Shown here: positions 55,541-64,000 of the stretch, piece after piece
How positions within the stretch are numbered: position 1 is the first letter of the stretch
How the letters are laid out: every line of letters starts with the position of its first letter
Source of the DNA: a virus
IMG/VR virus record: IMGVR_UViG_3300032242_000488
Coordinates: 64,001-128,000 of that record
Length of the DNA stretch: 64,000 bases
Direction: 5' to 3' (one strand)
Program-made: the position numbers and the translations under genes
The notes under the pieces: generated by a model
Told to the model about the DNA's origin: nothing
The model's database searches: none
Seen by the model: only the letters and a program-made list of their open reading frames with translations

Positions 55541-57625
55541 TTAAATTAATGCAAAAAGTTTCCAATTTGTACTGTTGCCCGAAGGATTTGTTTGTCCTGC
55601 GGCTACACTTGCAATGCAGATCCATTCTTTGTAGTCAAATATTACAAGATCATTAGTTGAATACGCTGTAGCATTGTCCCAATTGCCCATTGGAACATAG
55701 TCAGTAACATATTTCCATACTAGACTATTATCTGGTTGTTCTGTAACTACAAAACGCTTGTAAAATCTAGTGGTTACAATACTAGCACCAGGTGATGGAA
55801 TTACTTGTGTTTCTATAATATCTTCTACTACTGAGAAGTTTTCATAGCTGCCTTCGCCTTTGTTCACTGTATTTTTACTAAATGCAATAGTTTCAGTACC
55901 AGTTAATTGTGTGCCTGTTTGTACTGGTTTGTACTGTATCGGGTTTACTACTATTGCTGAGTGTGTAGCATGGATTTTAGCAATAGTACCCTTAATTGCA
56001 ATACCTTGTGGATTATTAACACCGTTGTATATTGATGCAGTATATGATAAAATTTCAATTATTTTTGCATTTGCCGCTTCGATCCCAGGTTGGGTTGTTA
56101 TATCAAAGTCGCTAATGTCTAGTGTTAAGGCAATTGGTCGAACACTAACACGCTCGTCAACATATTTCTTGTTAGGTATTGCTGACGAGCTGCCAGTAAT
56201 ATAATCTAAATCTGCTGAATTAACAAATGTCTTACCACTAATATCAATATTACTAGTAGCAGAAGATAAAATTAAATCGGTTGTTCTACTGGTAATAGTA
56301 TTACCTGTAATATTTAAACCGCTAGTCATGTTTAATGTAGTTAAATTTCCTAGAGTTTGTAGATTAGAATTAACTACGGTGGATCCTAAAACAGTTGAAG
56401 ATAGCACCGGATTAAAATTGATTCTGTATGTTTTGCCAGTTGCTAGGTTAAAATTTTCAGAGCTAGACCAACTTGCATAAGGTTGAGAATAGTTTAAAGT
56501 CTTGTCAGTAGTCCCGTGTAGAGTAATACCGCCGCCGTCTGCATCTGCATCGGTTACTATGCCAACTGGAACTTTGTTTAATTCAATATTTTTATCTTCT
56601 ACTTGTAAAGTAGTTGTGTTAATTTTAAAACTATCACCCTGGATAATTAAACTTCCCGAAACTTTTAAGTCGCCGGTAATATCAACTGCGGTAGTTGGAG
56701 CCCTATTAAAAAATCCAATTCTTTGATTTATAGAATCAATATACATAGCAGTTTTTACACCGCCAACTGGTTGTTTAGTTTTTATTTCAATCGCTCTGCT
56801 TGACTCGTTATTTTCAATAACAAAATTACCGCCTTCTAATTTTAAATAGGTGTCGCCCTGCGCGGCAGTTATAGTTCCAGGGTCGCCACCAAGTAATCTA
56901 ACGCCATTTGTTGATTGAACAGTTAACGATCCAATGATTGTGCCATCTTGGTTGTTATACAGTATGTCGTCTGCTACTTTAGTTTCACCTAGTGCAGTAA
57001 CTAATCCTTCTGCACGAGAAACTGTAACATTAAATTTACTACCAATTAGGGTACCTACAGAAAATCCAACTCCAATATCTCCAGAAAATCCTTCAATTGA
57101 TAAAGCTGGTGTAAATGCTGTATTACTGAATATGCCTAACAAAACTCCGTTGACAAATAATTTGACAATTACTTTAAGTCTATTATTAGTATCAATAATA
57201 TTGTCAACTACAAATCCTGAAGTCTTTTGCTGTGCTGTAAATATTGGGCCTGCTAGTGTTAGGTCGACTCCATCATAAAACCATAATTGATTAGTTTCAT
57301 TATTAATCCATAAATCGCCAGGAACTAGATTAAGTGGCCTAACCGAACTTACCAATGGTCCGCCGCTGGCTCTAAATGTATTACCGTCATAGACATTTAA
57401 TCTACCTGTGCTAGTATTATACCATAGTTGACCTTTAATGGGATGCTCAGGTGCTGTACTGCTAGAAAAATTTTCTAGTAGCTTAATTAAATTCTCATTA
57501 AACACTTGACCAAAGTTGGTAACGTTTTTTCCTATTAGTGTAAGACTACTACTAGCGGTATCAAATTGACCGTCAGGAATATCTGCTAATAAATTACCGT
57601 CAGTTTTATTAATTTTATATGTCAT
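55541..57625 (-). CDS. Tail fibre/baseplate protein with a C-terminal CBM-like module
   Basis: Same N-domain; start reassigned to MTYKINK (57625); 'WDNATAYSTNDLV' module. Confidence 0.72.
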   Translation of the reverse strand: MTYKINKTDGNLLADIPDGQFDTASSSLTLIGKNVTNFGQVFNENLIKLLENFSSSTAPEHPIKGQLWYNTSTGRLNVYDGNTFRASGGPLVSSVRPLNLVPGDLWINNETNQLWFYDGVDLTLAGPIFTAQQKTSGFVVDNIIDTNNRLKVIVKLFVNGVLLGIFSNTAFTPALSIEGFSGDIGVGFSVGTLIGSKFNVTVSRAEGLVTALGETKVADDILYNNQDGTIIGSLTVQSTNGVRLLGGDPGTITAAQGDTYLKLEGGNFVIENNESSRAIEIKTKQPVGGVKTAMYIDSINQRIGFFNRAPTTAVDITGDLKVSGSLIIQGDSFKINTTTLQVEDKNIELNKVPVGIVTDADADGGGITLHGTTDKTLNYSQPYASWSSSENFNLATGKTYRINFNPVLSSTVLGSTVVNSNLQTLGNLTTLNMTSGLNITGNTITSRTTDLILSSATSNIDISGKTFVNSADLDYITGSSSAIPNKKYVDERVSVRPIALTLDISDFDITTQPGIEAANAKIIEILSYTASIYNGVNNPQGIAIKGTIAKIHATHSAIVVNPIQYKPVQTGTQLTGTETIAFSKNTVNKGEGSYENFSVVEDIIETQVIPSPGASIVTTRFYKRFVVTEQPDNSLVWKYVTDYVPMGNWDNATAYSTNDLVIFDYKEWICIASVAAGQTNPSGNSTNWKLFALI

Positions 57626-60072
57626 TATTTGTAGTCCGAATCGTAATCTGTTAATTTTCCTGTCCAAATAATCATATTTAAAGCAAGGAATGGGTTCATA
57701 ATACTAAATGGTTGAGCAAATGGGCCGCCTGCAGGATCTGTTTTTACGCCGCCACTTGTTCTTAGAAGTCTACCAGTGCCATCGACGCCGCCTAATCCTT
57801 TAACTGGAATTGCGTCTGTATCGGCTAACTCCGTAGGACTGTATGCACCAAACTGTCCGTTTTTATTTCCCATCAAATCGTGTTCGTGATCTGGAAGATT
57901 ATTAACGGTCAACTGCATCTGCTCGTCGCCTGCACCAATTCTAACTTCTGTAGGATCTTTATAATTTATAACTGCATTGGGATCAGTAACTCTACCAGCA
58001 GGACTTGTAATAGTATCAATCTTTGAAGATATGCTGTTTCTGTCTGGGACCTGTTTACCATTAAACATATTGTCTGCACCAAGAGGGAATCGACCTCTTA
58101 GGTCAGGAAGTTTAAATGTGTCGAATCCTTTTGTACCTAATGGATTAGTAGTAGCATCATAAGCATTAGCATTACCGTATAATCCAGCGATTACATTAAA
58201 TAGTGCTTCATATCGTATTCTAGAAACTTCTGAACCATCACATAGTAACCAACCCATCGGTGGTGTAAGCCCGGCATAAGGAACAACTGTACCAACTGGT
58301 AGTTGCGGTATTGCTGAAAATAATGTATTCTTCTTAATCTTATGAAGTCCAGCAGTTCCTTGACTTATTAGGAAGTCATCGCCTTCACCTAGATCTGCTA
58401 CTGCTGTAACTTCTGGTTTCCCGGAAATAAATGTTTCACTAAGATTAGTAACAAACTGTTTTCTATTACCTAGTACACCTGCTGGACTAATAGTTCCTGC
58501 AATCGCTTGTGGGCCTGTGGCTGTTGCGCTAAATGTAATATAAGTTTTTGTTCCTTCTATAACATTATACGTTCCTCGATATGCAACTGGAGTAATATTA
58601 GATACAACAACTAGTGTACCTGCAGGAAATGGAACTACTGTTTGTGCATCAAACTCAAGTTTGACCGTAGTACCGTTACCTGATGCAACAGTAGTGGTTA
58701 CTGGATTAGTACCCGTTTTGCCGTCAAATTCAATTTCATTACTGGTTACATCGCCGGTCATCTCAAATATTGTTGAGCTAGCTAGATTGGTAGCAGAACC
58801 GTCTACTGACCCCTTAACTGTTCCAACTAATTTTCCGTTAAACTCAGTAGCGGCAAATACTTTATTAGCATAGATGTTACTAAACTGTTTTCCGCCTTCA
58901 ACTGTAGGGTCAGAACCAATTGACGATCCATTATTCGATGTAGGTAGTATGTCGGTGCCTACTGTAATTTTACCATCTAAGGTAATGTTGCCACCGACAA
59001 ATAAACTTTTTTCTATACCTGCGCCACCTGCTAACTGAAATGCTCCAGTAACAATACTTGTAGAGTCAGTAGTACCTTTGATGAATAACTGTCCTGAAGA
59101 ATCAGGATTCTCTGTTGTTAGACCAAGGCGTATGTTTCCGCTAATATCCAATGCTTCTTGTGGAGCAATATTATTAATACCGACACGTTCTTGACTGTCT
59201 ACTCGAATAACAACACGTTCATTTCCGTTGTTATTAACACGAATGTCTAAACTTGAGCCCGACGTCTTTTGATAAATGTATCCAACACCGTTGTCAACAG
59301 CAAGTTCCATTTGTCCGTCAGCACCAATTTGTATACCGGTATTGCTTTTAACATTAAGACCTTTATAGTTATTGGTAATTACATCGGCACGTAAAAAATT
59401 GTCTGCTTCTAAACCCGTTGTTAAGTAACCTGATACAATCAACTTGCTGGCTTTTTCTGCTGTTCCAAAGTATCCGTTATATAAACTGCTAAGTGTTACT
59501 CCTGGATAGATATAAGGAAAACCAGGTAGTGTTGTTTTAGGTTGAAATTTATCAGTACTGAATATTGCTACTCTAAATCCGCCAACGTAGTTAGTAATAA
59601 CAGTACGTTCAATATTATCAGTGTCTCTAAAACTTTCTGGTTCAGCTCCGGTTCTAGCTCCTGCACTAAATCTTGGACCAACTAAAATCCAACCTGAACC
59701 AGAGAATAAAAATAACTGTTGTGTATCAGTATTAACCCATAAGTCTCCAGGTAAGCTGTTGCCTGCATCGGGCTGGTTACCGCTTGACTTTTTAAGGCCG
59801 CCTGCGGCAACCCACTGTGTTCCGTCATAGACATTTAATTGTTTTGTACTAGCATTAGTATCGTACCATAATTGTCCCTTAACAGGATTAACTGGCTCAT
59901 TAGTATTGGCAAAATTTTCTAATAGGTGTAGGAAGTTTTCGCCAATTGCTTGTCCATAACCTGTGGTATTTCTTCCTGGAAAGTTTAGACTGGTAACCGA
60001 ATTCGTAGTATTATCATCTACGGTCAGCGGAGTGTTGTTAATTTGATCGGTAAAACGAATTTGGTATGCCAT
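57625..60072 (-). CDS. Tail fibre protein with a tail-collar domain
   Basis: Same N-domain; collar 'PVGTVVPYAG..PP.GWLLCDG...F.LPDLRGRFP.G'. Confidence 0.8.
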   Translation of the reverse strand: MAYQIRFTDQINNTPLTVDDNTTNSVTSLNFPGRNTTGYGQAIGENFLHLLENFANTNEPVNPVKGQLWYDTNASTKQLNVYDGTQWVAAGGLKKSSGNQPDAGNSLPGDLWVNTDTQQLFLFSGSGWILVGPRFSAGARTGAEPESFRDTDNIERTVITNYVGGFRVAIFSTDKFQPKTTLPGFPYIYPGVTLSSLYNGYFGTAEKASKLIVSGYLTTGLEADNFLRADVITNNYKGLNVKSNTGIQIGADGQMELAVDNGVGYIYQKTSGSSLDIRVNNNGNERVVIRVDSQERVGINNIAPQEALDISGNIRLGLTTENPDSSGQLFIKGTTDSTSIVTGAFQLAGGAGIEKSLFVGGNITLDGKITVGTDILPTSNNGSSIGSDPTVEGGKQFSNIYANKVFAATEFNGKLVGTVKGSVDGSATNLASSTIFEMTGDVTSNEIEFDGKTGTNPVTTTVASGNGTTVKLEFDAQTVVPFPAGTLVVVSNITPVAYRGTYNVIEGTKTYITFSATATGPQAIAGTISPAGVLGNRKQFVTNLSETFISGKPEVTAVADLGEGDDFLISQGTAGLHKIKKNTLFSAIPQLPVGTVVPYAGLTPPMGWLLCDGSEVSRIRYEALFNVIAGLYGNANAYDATTNPLGTKGFDTFKLPDLRGRFPLGADNMFNGKQVPDRNSISSKIDTITSPAGRVTDPNAVINYKDPTEVRIGAGDEQMQLTVNNLPDHEHDLMGNKNGQFGAYSPTELADTDAIPVKGLGGVDGTGRLLRTSGGVKTDPAGGPFAQPFSIMNPFLALNMIIWTGKLTDYDSDYK

Positions 60073-60074
60073 GT

Positions 60075-60689
60075 TTACGCTCCGTTAAAACCTGTTAGAC
60101 TTTGTACTCTAACTGTATAATCAATTTGGATTAAACGGTTTAATGATTTTTGTACAGGATGAAAAATAACGTGGGTTAACAGTTTTCCTGTTCCAGCAGA
60201 GTCGTAAGCTCTAAGACCTAGCTCATCAAAAACGTATTCTCCGTTTAGATATGTTGTATTATCAAATGCTTCTTGATTGTTAGGCTCACCGTAGTCTAAT
60301 AAGCAAGTGACTAAAATGTCTGTATAATTTGTTCCAGTAACATGACGAACTTCTATCTTGTTTCTTGTAGGATCAACGTTGTTTGTACTACGGTCATTGA
60401 CTACTTTTGTATAAGTTTCATTATATAAACTGCTGTTAGATCCTGTAGTATTTGGAGTCAAATATGTGATAATTCCTGTTGGATCTACTGCTGTTCCGCC
60501 GTTGCCAAAGCTCATTTGATATATTGTTCCAATACCTTCATTTGCAAGACTCTGTGCTAGAGCAATACTCATATTCTCATAATGAATAGCATTGCGTTTG
60601 TTCACGATTATTTCTTCGGAGACGGGATCCCAAATTTTAATATGTCCTTGGAGTAATATTCCCGAATTTTCGTCTGGTTTTGTTGTCAT
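60075..60689 (-). CDS. Virion structural protein (baseplate/tail associated)
   Basis: 'FDELGL', 'THVIFHPVQKSLNRLIQIDYTVR'; context among tail genes. Confidence 0.6.
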   Translation of the reverse strand: MTTKPDENSGILLQGHIKIWDPVSEEIIVNKRNAIHYENMSIALAQSLANEGIGTIYQMSFGNGGTAVDPTGIITYLTPNTTGSNSSLYNETYTKVVNDRSTNNVDPTRNKIEVRHVTGTNYTDILVTCLLDYGEPNNQEAFDNTTYLNGEYVFDELGLRAYDSAGTGKLLTHVIFHPVQKSLNRLIQIDYTVRVQSLTGFNGA

Positions 60690-60710
60690 GTTGTTTTCAC
60701 CTATACATTG

Positions 60711-60717
60711 TATTTAT
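60711..60717 (-). promoter_or_regulatory. T4-like late promoter (ATAAATA, minus strand)
   Basis: Upstream of the gene starting at 60689. Confidence 0.55.
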
Positions 60718-60730
60718 TTTAATAGTTTTC

Positions 60731-63700
60731 TTATACTTTATTCTTGTCCGGCAACAAAGCGTAAGTTGATCTGATAAACTTAGCTGGATCAGATCCAGAA
60801 TCAGCCAATCCTACACCTTCAGTAGTCCATGCTTTGCCCACACGCTTCTGCACTACAATATACTGCCCTGCTTCCGGTACTTCCGTTAAGCGAATTTGCA
60901 TTGGCTGTTGATTATTTGCAGAGCTTACTGAAAATTCGGCTTCATATGCTACATCACCGCTAGGACTGTCAGGTCCCTGGTTGGGATTCCAAATGGTATA
61001 TGCTGTTTTACGCAGTCTGCGGCCTGCAACAAATACCTCAACATCATTACACTGATTGTAAGATGACGGGATAGTTTTTCTATACCAGGCGTTGTCTACT
61101 GTTGGTACTGCTAGTTTAAAGTCTAAGGATATTTTCAAGTACTTGATACCCCTAGCAACCACGCGACTAGTTGGCGTTTGATTGTTGATGTTAAACACCA
61201 ATGCTCCTGCTGTGTTTGCGCTGGTCGCAGTTACAGTAAATGTTGTCAAACTATCAATCGATGTAATGATAGCCAATGTGCCAAATGCGCCATTGCCTGA
61301 TACCTTACTAACGATTTGGCCAACTTGTAAGCCGCTAGTAACATTAGGAATTGTTATTCCGTTCTTGGTATATGATCCGGTTAGTGTAACGGTTGATGCT
61401 AGTCCTGCTGTGCTAACTGTGCCTGCAAGAGTTACAGTTTTTACATCTTCTGTTCCTGTAATAACTATAGATCCGTATGCGTTTGCAGTAGTTGATTTGA
61501 TAGTAATTTGTGTATCACTATTAATCTCAGTAATTATTGCATTACTACCAATTGATCCGCTACCGCTAACTTTAGATATTATCATTCCTGTTCGTAATGT
61601 ATTACGAACATTAGTTAATCCAGTTATTGTAGTTGTCAATGCTGTAGCAGTCACAGTGCCAGTTAACTGAATAGTAGTTACCTTTGTCGGCGATACAATT
61701 GGAGGATTGTATATGATTAAGTCGTATGCTCCAACAGATTTTGCAGGTGTTACAAATGTCAGTGTAGTATCACTTATTCTGTTAACTACGCAATCAACAT
61801 CTCCGACAAACACTTTGACATTAACTTTGAATCCTTTACCAGTAACTGTTACTGTTTGACTGCCTGTTAAATCAGCTGTTTGATCTTCACCTGGGAACAC
61901 TATAGACGATACTGTTAGTTCAGCAGAATTAGTATAAATGCTACTGCCATTAGTATACCCATCTGACACCGCCACTGATGTAATAAATTCATCCTTGTAT
62001 GGCACTGTTTGAATAATACTTTGATCCCGTACTAGTGTTCCTTCGTTATGCGCTGCCTTAATACCAGTTCCTAACGTACCACGTTTTAATTGGCGAATAA
62101 CATTGTTATCTTTCTTTAGATATTCTATACGCTCACCGTCAATAAAAATTACACCAGGTTTGTTTAGCCTAGGACTTGGGTCAGGTAATACAGATCCGTC
62201 AACTAGTTCTATCATAGTGTCATAATAATTTAAAGTTTTAGCCAATGTGGTTGAAGAAGCATCATCAATTCTTGAGTAAGAATTTTTGTTTAGCATGTCT
62301 TTAAATATTTTGTATCCAAAGCTGTTGCGTGTTACTTTGTTACTAAATGCAATTATATCAATAATATCAGTTTCTGCAAATACTCGAGTTGGACTAAAAC
62401 TAATATAATTCATGTTGCTCTCTAGAGCATAATCAACTTCAGGAGTTAATAGTTTTCTGTTTAGCGTTATCCAAACATACTGAGATCCAACAGCTGGTCT
62501 GCGTAATTTAATACGGCCGCCTGCTAACTGATTATATCTGTAGTATTCCTGTGCTCCTGCAACTAGTGTTGAAGCTGACGATGTCTTGTCATGTTCACGT
62601 TCAATTTCAAGTATATCATGATTACTGAAAGTAATAACTGTAATTACTGTACCAGCACTATATTCACCAAATAGCTCAATGGATAAAGTAGGATCTGTAA
62701 TAATGATATTATAATCGGAATTCGCAACTATAGATAATGCAATCTTATCTCCAGTTTTTGCAACACCTTTCTTAACCTTAAGTTGATTGTTAACTGGAAT
62801 CCAGAAATAATCAATACCTTGTACAATTGATTGTCCATTAACTGTTACAGTTACCGTTCTAGTGTCAACGGTGTTAAACGCATATCTTGAACTGTCAACC
62901 GTATAGGTTCTTGAAGTGCCTGCTACTACAAAGTAGAAAGTATCAGTTGGTCGTAAAATGCTTCCGTTGGTTACTACTAACACATTGTCTGCAAATGGCT
63001 TGGCAAATTCTGGACTGCGAGTTAATTCATATACTGAGTCAACACCATTATGTATAATTGTTTGCTTTTGTACTTTACTAATAGAATCAACTGCTGATCC
63101 TAAAATTGTATAGTTAATAGTTGCTCCTGCTGGAGGAGCAGTATCAAAACGTATACCAATAGTCCCAACTAGTGTATAGTGACTATCTGTTTTAAAAGTT
63201 GTTACTGCTGTAGCTTCTCCGTTAACTGTAACAAACGCTGTGGTTTCAGAAGCCCATCTTGCTACAGATACAAACTCGGTAGTAGTACCATCGCCAATAA
63301 AATAATCTAAGTCTAGAATATTTAAACCATTCTGACTGATACTTGTTATAACAATCTCTAATCCTGGTTGATAATTAGTAATTAATTCTATTTGTTGGCT
63401 AGCAAAATTAACAGAATAGTTTACGTCTTGTTTAATAACATTTCCGTCAACTTTTACAATAACAGAAGTTGATGTACCTGGACGTTGTCCGATATCAAAT
63501 ATATTATCGTCTGCTGTTAAATATCTCACTGTGCTAATAATCGGAGATCCATCTCCAATTTTGTGATATACTGTAATATCAACTGTATCAACTACCTGGC
63601 CAGTAACAATTTCTTCAGGTGCATAGCTTGATGTCGGAGTAACAAATCCATCACCGTCAACATTAATGTCTTCTGCCGCTAAGCCGGTAGCACTTACATA

Positions 63701-64000
63701 GGCAAAATCTCCGCCAAATATTTGAGTATCGTACTGAATATCACTAGGTTTAAAACTACCGTCGCTAGTGTTCTTTCTTAGAATGATACTGTCACCTGCT
63801 TGTATATCTGCACCAAATGCTGTTGTAAATGTTGCATGATTAGGAATTACAATTGGTCCAGTGCTTACGCCGTCACCGATGAAAGAATTCATAATAGCTT
63901 CTTGATTTACAATACTAGGGAAATTTAAAATTTCAGCTTGCACTGTATTGATTTTTCCGTTAAGTCGAACAGTTGCACCAGGAGTAATTACTCCGGCAGT
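60731..64000 (-). CDS. Very large virion structural protein (baseplate wedge-like) with an IPT/TIG domain; 5'-truncated by the window edge
   Basis: Frame open to 64000; repeated 'GDG.T..F' beta modules; IPT-like 'VTVTGKGF...V.VG...TLTFVTP'. Confidence 0.7.
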   Translation of the reverse strand, partial: TAGVITPGATVRLNGKINTVQAEILNFPSIVNQEAIMNSFIGDGVSTGPIVIPNHATFTTAFGADIQAGDSIILRKNTSDGSFKPSDIQYDTQIFGGDFAYVSATGLAAEDINVDGDGFVTPTSSYAPEEIVTGQVVDTVDITVYHKIGDGSPIISTVRYLTADDNIFDIGQRPGTSTSVIVKVDGNVIKQDVNYSVNFASQQIELITNYQPGLEIVITSISQNGLNILDLDYFIGDGTTTEFVSVARWASETTAFVTVNGEATAVTTFKTDSHYTLVGTIGIRFDTAPPAGATINYTILGSAVDSISKVQKQTIIHNGVDSVYELTRSPEFAKPFADNVLVVTNGSILRPTDTFYFVVAGTSRTYTVDSSRYAFNTVDTRTVTVTVNGQSIVQGIDYFWIPVNNQLKVKKGVAKTGDKIALSIVANSDYNIIITDPTLSIELFGEYSAGTVITVITFSNHDILEIEREHDKTSSASTLVAGAQEYYRYNQLAGGRIKLRRPAVGSQYVWITLNRKLLTPEVDYALESNMNYISFSPTRVFAETDIIDIIAFSNKVTRNSFGYKIFKDMLNKNSYSRIDDASSTTLAKTLNYYDTMIELVDGSVLPDPSPRLNKPGVIFIDGERIEYLKKDNNVIRQLKRGTLGTGIKAAHNEGTLVRDQSIIQTVPYKDEFITSVAVSDGYTNGSSIYTNSAELTVSSIVFPGEDQTADLTGSQTVTVTGKGFKVNVKVFVGDVDCVVNRISDTTLTFVTPAKSVGAYDLIIYNPPIVSPTKVTTIQLTGTVTATALTTTITGLTNVRNTLRTGMIISKVSGSGSIGSNAIITEINSDTQITIKSTTANAYGSIVITGTEDVKTVTLAGTVSTAGLASTVTLTGSYTKNGITIPNVTSGLQVGQIVSKVSGNGAFGTLAIITSIDSLTTFTVTATSANTAGALVFNINNQTPTSRVVARGIKYLKISLDFKLAVPTVDNAWYRKTIPSSYNQCNDVEVFVAGRRLRKTAYTIWNPNQGPDSPSGDVAYEAEFSVSSANNQQPMQIRLTEVPEAGQYIVVQKRVGKAWTTEGVGLADSGSDPAKFIRSTYALLPDKNKV

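Noticed and set aside
57626-57667. Upstream start of the 708-aa tail protein
   Set aside because: It overlaps the previous gene; the paralogous N-termini indicate the start is MTYKINK at 57625.
1-64000. Stop-codon reassignment, CRISPR array, DGR, integrase or transposase
   Set aside because: Conserved genes are full-length under code 11 with dense packing; no repeat-spacer array, reverse transcriptase or recombinase was recognised by eye.

Overview
A 64-kb segment of a large, AT-rich tailed dsDNA phage genome, probably a jumbo myovirus with a T4-like replisome and T4-like late promoters. Spanin-like genes indicate a Gram-negative host. Standard genetic code; no tRNA, CRISPR array, integrase or mobile element was recognised. 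Layout: virion/baseplate genes (1-5.4 kb); mini-DnaE, GroES, MazG, clamp loader, ferredoxin, an APS-kinase/HxGH fusion and PhoH (5.4-10.6 kb); GH19 endolysin, spanins and membrane proteins (12-14.9 kb); DnaJ and ClpA (15-18 kb); a ~10-kb block of proteins, most sharing a T4-type capsid-targeting leader, that includes three different nucleotidyltransferase folds, Dps, a desaturase and a GC-rich structured RNA (18.8-28.7 kb); PolB and sliding clamp (29-33 kb); a 7-deazaguanine modification region with a TGT/DpdA-like enzyme, an LxxxHRHxF T-fold protein, a GT-B glycosyltransferase, cupin, PRTase, HIT, FolE and QueE but no QueC (33-44 kb); RNase H, MoxR/VWA, DHFR and ThyA (44-52 kb); and minus-strand tail/baseplate genes (52-64 kb). 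The best candidates for undescribed biology are (1) a glycosylated 7-deazaguanine hypermodification pathway, (2) a putative multi-pseudoknot ncRNA at 27221-27324, (3) a virion-packaged triad of nucleotidyltransferases, and (4) a split C-family polymerase fragment. All product calls come from motif recognition by eye; no database searches were run.
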